Positions 44,923 to 54,139 of a DNA stretch of 62,136 nt are shown here, piece by piece. The translations under genes and the position numbers were made by a program. This DNA comes from Candidatus Kaiserbacteria bacterium (GTDB taxonomy: Bacteria; Patescibacteriota; Minisyncoccia; Phycocordibacterales; UBA918), in contig JAGQMC010000048.1 of NCBI GenBank assembly GCA_020428815.1, forward strand, positions 1 through 62,136, given 5' to 3'. Below the pieces are notes generated by a model, which made no database searches, was not told the DNA's origin, and saw only the letters and a program-made list of their open reading frames with translations. Positions within the stretch are counted from its first letter, which is position 1; every line of letters starts with the position of its first letter.

Positions 44923-47322
44923 ATGAGTAAGTTGTCTGGTAATAAAAAAACCCTTGTCTTATTGGATGCACATGCGATTTTGCACCGGGCCTATCATGCG
45001 TTGCCTGATTTTTCCTCTCCGACTGGTGAACCAACTGGTGCTCTCTATGGAGTGACAACCATGCTATTGAAGATTATTGAAGACTTTAAACCTCAGTATA
45101 TTGCAGCTTGTTATGACTTAGCAGAACCAACTTATCGTCATGAAGCGTTTGACGGTTACAAGGATGGCCGAGCTAAGACTGATGAATCGTTGGTGCAGCA
45201 AATCAACCGGTCTCGGGATATCTTTAAAGTGTTTGGTATTCCAATTTTTGAGAAATCTGGCTTTGAGGCCGATGATCTGCTCGGTACGATTGCCCATCTT
45301 ACTAAAGGTAATAAAGATTTGCAGGTTGTAATTGCATCAGGAGATATGGATACCCTTCAGTGTGTAGATAAAAAACGCGTTCAAGTATTTACTTTAAAAA
45401 AAGGCATAAAAGATACTGTGGTGTATGACGAAGCGGCCGTCAAAGAACGTTTTGGATTTGGTCCAAAACTGGTGCCAGATTATAAAGGTCTGCGCGGTGA
45501 CCCATCTGACAACATACCCGGCATAGCTGGGATTGGTGAAAAAACAGCGACTACCTTGATTACCAATTTTGGGTCACTGGAGAAGCTTTATAAAAAACTC
45601 GAGCAAGATGAAGAGGTTTTTATTGAGGTGGGAATTAAACCTCGAATTATAAATTTACTGAAAGAGGGCAGGGAAGACGCGGAATTTTCTAAAATGCTAG
45701 CCACCATCCGAACTGACGCTATAAGTGAGTTTGATGTTTCCAAAACTGAGTGGAAAGAACACTCTGATTCTGAAGGAATCATCAAACTTTTTAGTGAGCT
45801 AGGATTTCGAACAGTAACAGATCGAGTGAAAAAATTATTTGATATTACTTTAGTGGATGACGCCGCTTTGGCAGCTGAGGTTGATGAAATGGAACTTAAA
45901 CAAGCTGCTATTTTGCTTTGGCTTTTGGAGAGTGAGCGCACTAATGCCACCCATGACGACATTATTGAATACGGTCGGTCTTTTCTTAAAACTACCACCT
46001 GGTCAGACACCTTAAAAGAATTACAAAAAAGAGTTAAGGAGCAAAAATTATGGTCTGTATATGAAAATATTGAACTACCACTAATTACGGTAGTAGATGA
46101 GATGAAGCTGCAGGGCATTACTCTAAATGTCGGATATTTAAAAGAGCTATCAGAAAAATTCCACCAAGAATTAGTTGAATTGGAGAGAAAAATCTATAAA
46201 CACGCCGGGGTAGAGTTTAATATAAACTCCCCAAAACAGTTGGGTGAGGTTTTGTTTGATAATTTAGAATTAAAACCTAAGAATGCTAAAAAGACGGCGG
46301 GCGGGCAACGTTCAACTAAAGAATCTGAATTAGAAAAATTACGTGAAGATCATCCAATTATTACTGATATATTACGTTATCGGGAATTACAAAAACTGGT
46401 CTCAACTTACGTTGATAATCTGCCCGAACTAGTGGGTTCAGATGAAAAAATTCACTCCACTTTCCTTCAGACTGGTACCACTACAGGCCGAATGGCAAGT
46501 CGTGATCCAAACCTGCAAAATATTCCTGCTCGTAGTGAAGAGGGCAGGGCTATTCGTAAAGCCTTTGTGGCTGATTCAGGCTATCGGCTGGTAGCAATAG
46601 ATTATTCACAAATAGAATTAAGAATTGCCGCTATTCTTTCTGGAGACCCAAATTTGATTGATATTTTTAAACGAGGAGAGGATGTGCATAAGGGAGTAGC
46701 GCTGCGTGTGTTTGGGGTGAATGCTGAGGATGTCACAGAAAATATGCGGCGGCAAGCCAAGGTGATTAACTTTGGGATTTTATATGGAATGGGGGTTAAT
46801 GCCTTACGTCAAAATTTAGGAGGGGACACCACTCGTCAGGCGGCTCAAGAATTCCTCAATGCTTACTTCAACACCTTCACTCGATTGGCTGAGTATCTAG
46901 AAGAGACTAAAAGTTTTGCTCGTCAGCACGGTTACACAGAAACCATTCTCGGTCGCCGACGACATTTTCCAGGGATTGCTTCCAGCGTACCGTTTATTAG
47001 AGCGCAAGCCGAACGGATGGCGATTAATGCGCCAATCCAAGGTTCACAATCTGATGTGATTCGTACTGCCATGGTAAGAATTCATAAGTACATCAATGAA
47101 TTAAAGTTAAATGAAGATGTCAGACTACTGTTGCAGGTGCATGACGAGTTAATATTTGAAATTAAGGAAAACAAAATTTCAGCCGTGGTGCCAACTCTGC
47201 TCAATCTGATGACCTCTGTTTTAAGTGAAGCAGAAACCAAAGGAGTGCCAATTTTGGCAGATGTTAAAATAGGTTCTAATTGGGAGGATTTAAAATCAGT
47301 AGAACTTAAAGATTTAAAATAA
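44923..47322 (+). CDS. polA: DNA polymerase I
   Basis: 5' nuclease (LLDAHAILHRAYHA; GDMDTLQ; GDPSDNIPG) and family A polymerase motifs (DYSQIELR; RRQAKVINFGILYG; QVHDEL). The ATG at 44923 is preferred over the TTG at 44917. Confidence 0.95.
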   Translation: MSKLSGNKKTLVLLDAHAILHRAYHALPDFSSPTGEPTGALYGVTTMLLKIIEDFKPQYIAACYDLAEPTYRHEAFDGYKDGRAKTDESLVQQINRSRDIFKVFGIPIFEKSGFEADDLLGTIAHLTKGNKDLQVVIASGDMDTLQCVDKKRVQVFTLKKGIKDTVVYDEAAVKERFGFGPKLVPDYKGLRGDPSDNIPGIAGIGEKTATTLITNFGSLEKLYKKLEQDEEVFIEVGIKPRIINLLKEGREDAEFSKMLATIRTDAISEFDVSKTEWKEHSDSEGIIKLFSELGFRTVTDRVKKLFDITLVDDAALAAEVDEMELKQAAILLWLLESERTNATHDDIIEYGRSFLKTTTWSDTLKELQKRVKEQKLWSVYENIELPLITVVDEMKLQGITLNVGYLKELSEKFHQELVELERKIYKHAGVEFNINSPKQLGEVLFDNLELKPKNAKKTAGGQRSTKESELEKLREDHPIITDILRYRELQKLVSTYVDNLPELVGSDEKIHSTFLQTGTTTGRMASRDPNLQNIPARSEEGRAIRKAFVADSGYRLVAIDYSQIELRIAAILSGDPNLIDIFKRGEDVHKGVALRVFGVNAEDVTENMRRQAKVINFGILYGMGVNALRQNLGGDTTRQAAQEFLNAYFNTFTRLAEYLEETKSFARQHGYTETILGRRRHFPGIASSVPFIRAQAERMAINAPIQGSQSDVIRTAMVRIHKYINELKLNEDVRLLLQVHDELIFEIKENKISAVVPTLLNLMTSVLSEAETKGVPILADVKIGSNWEDLKSVELKDLK

Positions 47323-47325
47323 TAT

Positions 47326-48027
47326 ATGTACGTAGTTTTTTATGGTAATGATCGAAAGCGAGTACGTGATGCAGCAGACTCCTACATTGATAAAAACTTT
47401 CCAACTGACGGCACTTTAACTACCATCGAAGGGGCTGAGTATGAGCTGGGCATGTTAAATGATGCTCTAGGAGCCACTTCGCTCTTTGGCGGAGTTGAGT
47501 GGTTTGTGGTAGACACTCCAGCCGCTAATAAAGATTGTGTTGAGGAGGTAAAAGAGGCTTTGGCGGCAATGGCAGAGTCTCCTAACACCTTCATTATTCT
47601 AGAAGAGTCTTTATTAGCAGCCGCCAAGAAAACTTATACACAACACGCGACAGAAATAACTGAATTCAAAACGGATAAGACTGATTATTTTAATGCTTTT
47701 AGTTTGGCTGAAGCTTTGGCCCAAAAAGATAAAAGAAAGTTGTGGGTATTGTTACAAGAAGCCAAATTGTCTGGCATGCGAGAAGAAGAAATCATTGGCA
47801 TTATTTGGTGGCAGTTAAAATCACTTCGCTTAGCGGCTAATACTAAAACCGCTAAGGAGGCTGGTATGAAAGATTTCCCCTACAACAAAGCCAAGCGCGC
47901 TCTAAGTAAGTTTTCTAACGAAAGAATTGAGGAGTTGTCACAATCCTTACTAACTCTTTATCACGATGGTCACGCGGGAGTGCGGTATTTAGATATAGCG
48001 CTTGAGAGGTGGGTACTTAAGGTATAG
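47326..48027 (+). CDS. holA: DNA polymerase III delta subunit-like (short)
   Basis: 233 aa directly after polA. The N-terminal pattern YVVFYGNDRKRV...SLFGG..WFVV and the helical C-terminus resemble HolA. The assignment is moderate. Confidence 0.5.
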   Translation: MYVVFYGNDRKRVRDAADSYIDKNFPTDGTLTTIEGAEYELGMLNDALGATSLFGGVEWFVVDTPAANKDCVEEVKEALAAMAESPNTFIILEESLLAAAKKTYTQHATEITEFKTDKTDYFNAFSLAEALAQKDKRKLWVLLQEAKLSGMREEEIIGIIWWQLKSLRLAANTKTAKEAGMKDFPYNKAKRALSKFSNERIEELSQSLLTLYHDGHAGVRYLDIALERWVLKV

Positions 48028-48039
48028 TAGAATATTAAT

Positions 48040-48351
48040 ATGACAAAGTACGAAATCAAGGAGCAGTCACTTCTGAAAATATACACCACATCTATAATTT
48101 CAGTATTTTTTACAGTTCTTGCACATATTGAGATGACTTCTCCCGGAGGCTTGATGACTATACTCTTTATAGGCTTTATGGTTTGGTGGTACGCGTATAT
48201 TTTTTTAATATTATTACAAATTGCTAGGGTTGTTATTTTATTACTAAATAAAGATAAAAGATTCTTACATTATTTAATTTCTCTCGTGATACTAGTGTCT
48301 TGTATGGTGTATTCTTTCGATACTTTTAATATGATGGTTTACTCCACTTAA
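48040..48351 (+). CDS. hypothetical small membrane protein
   Basis: 103 aa with three hydrophobic helices. No family recognised. Confidence 0.5.
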   Translation: MTKYEIKEQSLLKIYTTSIISVFFTVLAHIEMTSPGGLMTILFIGFMVWWYAYIFLILLQIARVVILLLNKDKRFLHYLISLVILVSCMVYSFDTFNMMVYST

Positions 48352-48383
48352 CTAAAAGAAGTATAAAAAGTTAAAATCCTTAG

Positions 48384-48456
48384 TCCGCCCTCCAGGGCTC
48401 GAACCTGGGACCATCAGCTTAAAAGGCTGCTGCTCTACCGACTGAGCTAAGGGCGG
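48384..48456 (-). tRNA. tRNA-Lys (anticodon UUU)
   Basis: The reverse complement folds as a cloverleaf. Acceptor ccgccct/agggcgg; D arm gctc-agtcggta-gagc; anticodon loop cTTTTaa; T arm ccagg-ttcgagc-cctgg; discriminator a. CCA is not encoded. Confidence 0.88.
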
Positions 48457-48635
48457 ACTAAGGATTTAACCAAAGTCATCATCTTAAAAGGCGTTCGCAA
48501 GTCTCCCAGACTTGCTTACCTCCACCAACTTCACTAAGGGCGAAGGAGCCATTTGATGGGCAGAACTATAGCATAAATGTACTCTAAAACAAACACCGTT
48601 CGCTATTTTAAATATTGTTTGTTAGTCTTTCCTGT

Positions 48636-49097
48636 GTGAAATATCTAATTTTGGAAAACATTCGTAGTGCCTACAACGTCGGAGCGATTTTTCGTAGTGC
48701 TGATGGGGCTGGGGTCGATAAGATTTTTCTTATCGGTTACACTCCAACCCCTATTGATCGGTTTGGCCGCACTCAAGCGGAAATTAAAAAAACCTCACTA
48801 GGGGCTAGTGAAGAGATTGCCTGGGAACATCACGAGGATTCGGTTGTGGTAATAAATAAACTAAAACAAGACGGAGTCTTGGTGGCAGCCATCGAACAAA
48901 CTAAAGACTCAGTTTCATTAAAAGATTTTGTCGTACCAAGACGAGTAGCCTATATAATGGGAAACGAGGTTGAAGGAGTAGATGAAAAAACTCTAGCCTC
49001 TGTAGATAAGATTTTGGATATTCCAATGTTGGGGAGAAAAGAATCACTCAACGTTTCCGTCACGGCTGGTATCGTTCTTTACCACGGTCTGACTTAA
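48636..49097 (+). CDS. TrmH/SpoU-family RNA 2'-O-methyltransferase
   Basis: LENIRSAYNVGAIFRSADGAG, MGNEVEGV, LNVSVTAGIVLY. The start is either the GTG at 48636 or the TTG at 48615. Confidence 0.8.
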   Translation: MKYLILENIRSAYNVGAIFRSADGAGVDKIFLIGYTPTPIDRFGRTQAEIKKTSLGASEEIAWEHHEDSVVVINKLKQDGVLVAAIEQTKDSVSLKDFVVPRRVAYIMGNEVEGVDEKTLASVDKILDIPMLGRKESLNVSVTAGIVLYHGLT

Positions 49098-50363
49098 TTC
49101 TTCCAATAATTCCTTAACTACTTCTGCGTCACTCCAGGTTTCTTTAGTTCCGTTTGGTCCCATAATGTACGGGTCTGTACCCTTACCAGACACCAACACA
49201 TAACTATCATTTGGAGCAATTTCAAGGGCCTTTCTAATGGCCTCACGTCTGTTCATAATAATCTCTACTGGGGCATTTTCACTCATTCCTTTTTTCATTT
49301 CCTCAACAATTTTTACTGGGTTTTCATCGTAGGGATCCTCATTGGTTAGAATTATCTGCTGACAATATTTTTCAGCAATAGCACCCATTTCTGGTCTTTT
49401 CCATGTGTCACGACCGCCACCAGTATTACCCAAGACACAAACTTTTGTCTTATCAGGGAAAGCTTCATATAGCTTGGTTAAAGAGTCTGGAGTGTGAGCG
49501 TAGTCAACTACCGCTGTGAGATGTTTGGTACAGTTTGAGGTGGTACTAAATTTCTCAACCCGTCCTTTGAGTGGCGGTAATGTGGTCAAGGCATCGCCAA
49601 TAATATTTAGCGGTACATCGAGAGCTTGAGCCATAGTGATAGCTGCTAAGGTATTGTAAACATTAAATAGTCCAACCAAAGGAACTCGAATGGTAGTGTT
49701 ATTTAAAACTAAACTGACAGAATCTTTTTGGAGAGAGTAAAGAGTAAGATCTTTTAACGAGTAGGGTAGCTTATTTTCAACTGGGAACTCCAAAAAGTCT
49801 TGGCCGTGTTCGTCATCAATATTTGCTACCAAAAAACGCGGTCTTTTAGGTGATTTTGCTACTGCCTCTGCTAGTGACAATTTAGCTTTTTTATAGTTAT
49901 CAAATGAGCCATGTGACTCAATATGTTCAGGAGTTAAATTGGTAAAGACCAGAGCGTCCATATCAATAAACTTATGACGAAATTGCTTAGCTCCTTCAGA
50001 GGTCATTTCAATAACCGCGTGAGTGCAGCCAGCGTCAACCGCTTCCCGTAAAAAACTTTGCACAAAAAAACGTCCTGGCATGGTCATTTTGAATAGATTC
50101 CGCCGCTCTTGACCGTCAATTGAAAATTGGATTGTAGAAAGGGAGGCGGTTTTATGACCGGCAGTTTGTAGAATATGAGTTAAAATTTCTGTTACCGAAG
50201 ACTTGCCCTTAGTGCCCGTTACACCAATGATAGTGAGATTTCGAGAAGGGTGGTGATATTTTACTGAACCAAAATAAGCTAGCAAAAAATGATATTTGGG
50301 TTGTAGGGTTGAAAAAATTGGCTGGGGAATCAGACGTTTAATCAAGCGGCGAATATTATCCAT
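49044..50363 (-). CDS. murE: Mur ligase, MurE-like (UDP-MurNAc-L-Ala-D-Glu:diamino acid ligase)
   Basis: P-loop GVTGTKGKSS, TNLTPEHIESHGSFDNYKKAK, and DYAHTPDSL. The DNPR position reads NEDPY. The ATG at 50363 is preferred. The 3' end overlaps the convergent trmH-like gene by 54 nt. Confidence 0.8.
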   Translation of the reverse strand: MDNIRRLIKRLIPQPIFSTLQPKYHFLLAYFGSVKYHHPSRNLTIIGVTGTKGKSSVTEILTHILQTAGHKTASLSTIQFSIDGQERRNLFKMTMPGRFFVQSFLREAVDAGCTHAVIEMTSEGAKQFRHKFIDMDALVFTNLTPEHIESHGSFDNYKKAKLSLAEAVAKSPKRPRFLVANIDDEHGQDFLEFPVENKLPYSLKDLTLYSLQKDSVSLVLNNTTIRVPLVGLFNVYNTLAAITMAQALDVPLNIIGDALTTLPPLKGRVEKFSTTSNCTKHLTAVVDYAHTPDSLTKLYEAFPDKTKVCVLGNTGGGRDTWKRPEMGAIAEKYCQQIILTNEDPYDENPVKIVEEMKKGMSENAPVEIIMNRREAIRKALEIAPNDSYVLVSGKGTDPYIMGPNGTKETWSDAEVVKELLEELSQTVVKNDTSRDGNVE

Positions 50364-50568
50364 GAAGTAAGTATATGATGAATCTAGCAATCTATCTAGT
50401 TTCGATGCGATTTGTAAAACCCTTAGCTATTTAAGCTAAAAGATAATGAAAGTGTTAGTGATTGGATATACACAAAAGGTCATAAGTGAGCGAAATTTAT
50501 TTACAGGGTGCGGTATGCTTAGTACATAAGAGTGGTCTGAACCTTTTTAAAATTTAGTCATTATATAT

Positions 50569-51090
50569 ATGAATGGAGAAAGTGAAGTTTCAATTCAAGA
50601 AAAAAGCCGGTTTTTACCGGCGCTAATAGCTGTACTTATATTGTTCATATTGACAGCCATCATGTTGTTGATTTGGAATATCAATAGCTCAGCCCTCAAG
50701 CAACCAGAAGCAACTGAAAATACTTCTCCAGTTACAGTAGAAGACTACGTCGAGCCTTTTGCTGAAGGTGGCTTTGTGAGCACTTATACTAGTGAAGTGG
50801 GTGATGTATATTTTACCGACTCTACAACTGGATTAACTCTATATCAAAAAACTGAAGGGTTTTGTTTAGATAGCTGCTTGGAAGTGTGGGTACCATACGC
50901 AATAGATGAAGAGATAAAAGGAGAGAGGTTCAAGTCAGTGTTGGTAAACGAAGACCACCAACTATATTACTTATTACTTGATGACAAAATGTTGTTTACT
51001 TTCTATGGTGAACTAGGTGCAGGAGACCTGTATCCAGGTGACGCAAAAGGGGATGGTTATGAAGGAGAATGGACAATTGCTAGGCCGTAA
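50569..51090 (+). CDS. membrane-anchored protein with two secreted-repeat (Yx[FWY]xxD lipoprotein-like) motifs
   Basis: TM helix LPALIAVLILFILTAIMLLIW. GLTLYQKTEGFCLDSCLEVWVPY and MLFTFYGELGAGD...GEWTIARP resemble the COG4315/PF03640 repeat. Confidence 0.5.
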   Translation: MNGESEVSIQEKSRFLPALIAVLILFILTAIMLLIWNINSSALKQPEATENTSPVTVEDYVEPFAEGGFVSTYTSEVGDVYFTDSTTGLTLYQKTEGFCLDSCLEVWVPYAIDEEIKGERFKSVLVNEDHQLYYLLLDDKMLFTFYGELGAGDLYPGDAKGDGYEGEWTIARP

Positions 51091-51101
51091 ATAATTTAAT
51101 T

Positions 51102-53033
51102 ATGTTTTTTCAGCAAAAAGTTTTTAGTATAAGGTTCGCTACAATCTGGCGCTGCTTAATATTACTAACACTAACTTTTTTTGGCTCAAACTTAATTAGT
51201 ATTTCTGATGCCTCAGCTCATTCTTGTTATCAAGTTGAAGCATATTGTCGCCCCTCATCTGGTTCTGGTTCGTGTACTTCAACTGGATTCCGGTATTCTA
51301 CTAGTCCAAGCTTAAGTTGTTCTGGAACACCTTGTGGTACACCACCGTCTACATCTAGACCAGCCCCTGATTCTGCTTGTGGTATTTCCCACCCGCCAGT
51401 CAATTGTGTCGGCTCTTTTACTGCTTGGAGTGGTTGTATACCAGCTTATGCTGGGGCTTGTGGCGCAGGTAACGGTGCCCAATTTAGAACCTACAATGTA
51501 AGTGTGCCGGCTGCTAATGGTGGTGCCGCTTGTCCATACGCAGATGGATATCTAGAGGGTAGAGTGTGTAATCCAGGGGCTTGTACTGCAGCAGATGTGG
51601 ATTGTGCTGGCTATTGGACCGACTCAGGAGCGTGTTCGGTGTCCTGTGGCGGCGGTACTAAACAACAAACTTTCACCATTACTACTCCTCAATCAGGAAA
51701 TGGAGCAGCTTGCCCAGCCTCACCACGCACTATTGCTTGTAATACTGGTGCTTGTAGTGGAGGGGGGAGTCCAGTGGATTGTGCTGGCTATTGGACCGAC
51801 TCAGGAGCGTGCTCTGTATCTTGTGGCGGCGGTACTAAACAACAGTCGTTTGTAGTGACAACCGCTCCGTCTGGCGGTGGCACCGCTTGTCCAACCTCAC
51901 CACGCACTATTGCTTGTAATACTGGTGCTTGTGCCGCTAATCAACCCGATCTAACCAGCAGTGGGTTGAGCGAAACATCAGGCAGTCCGATTGAGGCCGG
52001 ACAAACGCTCACCTTTACTGCACAAGTAACTAATGACGGTACCTTAGTGACCCCCAACGGGTTTGAAGATGTGTTTCAGTATAGGTACGGTAACTCTGGA
52101 AGCTTTACCACATTCAGAACTATAAACAAGTCAGTATTAGCCCCCGCAAATTCAAGTGGAGACTCTGCTAGTTACACAATTCCTAATGATGCTAGTGCAG
52201 TTAATCAAACACTATATATTCAACATTGTATTGATGCTGATCCCGACAGCAGTAACTTGGGGGGAGCTGGGAATGGAGACGTTAATGAGATTGATGAATC
52301 TGTGACTGACAATTGTTCTCAAATAAATCTAGGGGTGGTAAATCCCGCACCGGCTCCCGCAGATTTAGTGCCAATCATTGTTGATCTTGATACAGCTACT
52401 GCCGTCCCCGATCCAGTAACGGGCACTTATGATGGTATTAAACTATCAATGCGAATTAGAAATGTTGGTACTGGTGATTTGCCAGCCAATAGCAATGCCA
52501 TTTATCGTTCTATTCTAAATATAATGGGTGGTGGTCAGAGTACTAATGCGGGTAATCTGACCAGTGTCTTAGCTAGTGGTAATCGCACTGGTGTTATCGA
52601 ACATATTTATAACAATATTCCATTTGGTAATCACCAAATGTGTGTAGAAGTTAATCTAAATCCAAAAAATTATGTTGATGAGACAAACATGGCTAACAAT
52701 AATGGGGTTTGTAGTACACTGGATTTAGCAGTACCACCACCAGATTTACAAATATCAGCTGAACCAAAATTTGTAAGAGCTGGAGGTAAAACCAATCTTA
52801 ATTGGAGTATTGAGGTGGGTTATGAGTTGGTGTGTACCCTGAGAGGCTCAGGGATAGATCAAACTTTCACGGTTGGTACTGGACCGGGGACATCTTATAA
52901 TGGTAGTCAAGAGACTGGCGTGTTAAATAGCACGGCCGTCTATCGTTTATCTTGCACAGAGCCAACCACCTCCACCAGCTTTGATCCAATCGAAGTTAAA
53001 GTTGAGGTAGTTCCAGGTTACGAAGAAGTTTAA
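51102..53033 (+). CDS. secreted protein with three thrombospondin type-1-like Cys repeats followed by CARDB-like beta-sandwich domains
   Basis: Signal peptide, then three units of the type W(S/T)xxxxCSVSCGGGTKQQ...GAACP...R..ACN.GAC. C-terminal segments (DLTSSGL..GQTLTFTAQVTNDGT; DLVPIIV..MRIRNVGTGDL) resemble CARDB. Confidence 0.8.
   Translation: MFFQQKVFSIRFATIWRCLILLTLTFFGSNLISISDASAHSCYQVEAYCRPSSGSGSCTSTGFRYSTSPSLSCSGTPCGTPPSTSRPAPDSACGISHPPVNCVGSFTAWSGCIPAYAGACGAGNGAQFRTYNVSVPAANGGAACPYADGYLEGRVCNPGACTAADVDCAGYWTDSGACSVSCGGGTKQQTFTITTPQSGNGAACPASPRTIACNTGACSGGGSPVDCAGYWTDSGACSVSCGGGTKQQSFVVTTAPSGGGTACPTSPRTIACNTGACAANQPDLTSSGLSETSGSPIEAGQTLTFTAQVTNDGTLVTPNGFEDVFQYRYGNSGSFTTFRTINKSVLAPANSSGDSASYTIPNDASAVNQTLYIQHCIDADPDSSNLGGAGNGDVNEIDESVTDNCSQINLGVVNPAPAPADLVPIIVDLDTATAVPDPVTGTYDGIKLSMRIRNVGTGDLPANSNAIYRSILNIMGGGQSTNAGNLTSVLASGNRTGVIEHIYNNIPFGNHQMCVEVNLNPKNYVDETNMANNNGVCSTLDLAVPPPDLQISAEPKFVRAGGKTNLNWSIEVGYELVCTLRGSGIDQTFTVGTGPGTSYNGSQETGVLNSTAVYRLSCTEPTTSTSFDPIEVKVEVVPGYEEV
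51597..51950 (+). repeat. in-frame 177-bp tandem duplication (two TSP1-like units)
   Basis: Units 51597-51773 and 51774-51950. The first 38 nt and a ~45-nt 3' block (tcaccacgcactattgcttgtaatactggtgcttgt) are identical. The centre has diverged. Confidence 0.9.
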
Positions 53034-53043
53034 AAAAGAGCAT

Positions 53044-53076
53044 AAAAAGCCTGCTGCGTAGCAGCAGGCTTTTTTC
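53044..53076. terminator. bidirectional terminator
   Basis: aaaaagcctgctgc-gta-gcagcaggctttttt. Confidence 0.85.
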
Positions 53077-53080
53077 TAAA

Positions 53081-53665
53081 CTACATTTGTTTCAAAGCTA
53101 AAGTCACTAGTGAGTTAGTAGTAGCATTCTCTTCTTTAGGCAAAGACAAAATACTTTCTCTAGCGGTACTGGCATCATAGCCTAGTGCAATCAGGGCATC
53201 TATGGCATCAGTTTGGGTTTGGTTAAGCTTGTCGGCCTCGGTTTCAATTGGACCGGCTGCTACTGGCAGAGAATCAAGTTTTTTGTGCAAGTAGTCCACG
53301 ATGTTTTCACAAGTTTTTTTACCAATTCCAGATAATTTATGTAAGTACACCCCATCATTTTTTTGGGCGGCTTCAATTAAGAGTGAGGGAGTAGCTTGAC
53401 ACATAATCTGGAGAGCTGATTTAGGTCCAACTTTATTAATCCCTAGTAGTAACTCAAACATCACCAGCTCCTTTTTATCTGGAAAGCCATAGAGGTCGAG
53501 GGCTGTTTCACGTACGGCTAGGTGAGTTTGTAAGGTCAGTCGTTCTCCTTCGGTGAAATTGTGACTTAGAGTTGGGCAGGCGATTAGATAACCAACCCCT
53601 CGTACGTCTAAAACTATTTGGTTGTCTCCGATACTAGTTACTGTACCGGTGAGGCTGCGAATCAT
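53081..53665 (-). CDS. ruvA: Holliday junction DNA helicase subunit RuvA
   Basis: The internal Met gives MIRSLTGTVTSIGDNQIVLDVRGVGYLI, a canonical RuvA N-terminus. HhH motifs are LLGINKVGPKSAL and LSGIGKKTCENI. Confidence 0.9.
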   Translation of the reverse strand: MIRSLTGTVTSIGDNQIVLDVRGVGYLIACPTLSHNFTEGERLTLQTHLAVRETALDLYGFPDKKELVMFELLLGINKVGPKSALQIMCQATPSLLIEAAQKNDGVYLHKLSGIGKKTCENIVDYLHKKLDSLPVAAGPIETEADKLNQTQTDAIDALIALGYDASTARESILSLPKEENATTNSLVTLALKQM

Positions 53666-53825
53666 ATAAAGTTTATTGTACTGCAATTATTAATGATAAA
53701 AAAGTTTATAGCTAGCTATTGTTAAGTGGAACACTACCTAACTAAAAAACCAAACCAAATTCCCCTCAGGGGTTGCCTTTTTAGTACTACTAAGGTAAAG
53801 TAGGCGCACTTTATTGAAGATATAT

Positions 53826-54098
53826 ATGCCAATTACAAAAGGAGCAGAAAAAGCCCATCGTGGCTCAGAGCGTAAGAAAGTATTCAACATTCGTCGCAAA
53901 AGCGCAATGAAGGATGCAGAAAAGGCGATAAATAAAGCGGTTTCAGCTGGTCAAGCTGAAGAAGCTAAAGGGTTGTTGTCGACTGCCTATAAGGCTATCG
54001 ACAAGGCAGCCAAACGAGGTGTTATAAAAAGCAACACCGCTGACCGTAAAAAGTCTCGTCTATCCGCTCGCATTAAAAATGCAGTAACCAAGAAATAA
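53826..54098 (+). CDS. rpsT: 30S ribosomal protein S20
   Basis: MPITKGAEKAHRGSERKKVFNIRRKS...AIDKAAKRGVIKSNTADRKKSRLS. The ATG at 53826 is preferred over the TTG at 53814. Confidence 0.9.
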   Translation: MPITKGAEKAHRGSERKKVFNIRRKSAMKDAEKAINKAVSAGQAEEAKGLLSTAYKAIDKAAKRGVIKSNTADRKKSRLSARIKNAVTKK

Positions 54099-54100
54099 CA

Positions 54101-54126
54101 AAAACCACCCGAGAGGGTGGTTTTTG
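54101..54126. terminator. bidirectional terminator
   Basis: aaaaccaccc-gaga-gggtggttttt. Confidence 0.85.
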
Positions 54127-54139
54127 TTAATTATAAGAA

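Noticed and set aside
825-46118. Many 60-176-aa antisense or off-frame ORFs inside well-supported genes (for example 1899..2294, 5363..5662, 10962..11354, 16253..16627, 30053..30445, 39366..39722, 45588..46118, 51595..51855)
   Set aside because: They lie entirely within confidently identified genes on the opposite strand or in another frame. They have low-complexity composition and no recognisable motifs.
17482-49097. Convergent gene overlaps (pcrA / kinase 4 nt; DciA-like / PBP1A 4 nt; trmH-like / murE 54 nt)
   Set aside because: This is common in compact genomes, and there is no evidence of a regulatory role. I noted it only because no terminators separate these pairs.
51597-51950. Diversity-generating retroelement (TR/VR pair) as an explanation for the two near-identical 177-bp units
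   Set aside because: Both units are in-frame parts of the same ORF. The differences are not restricted to adenine positions. No reverse transcriptase or Avd-like gene is in the window.
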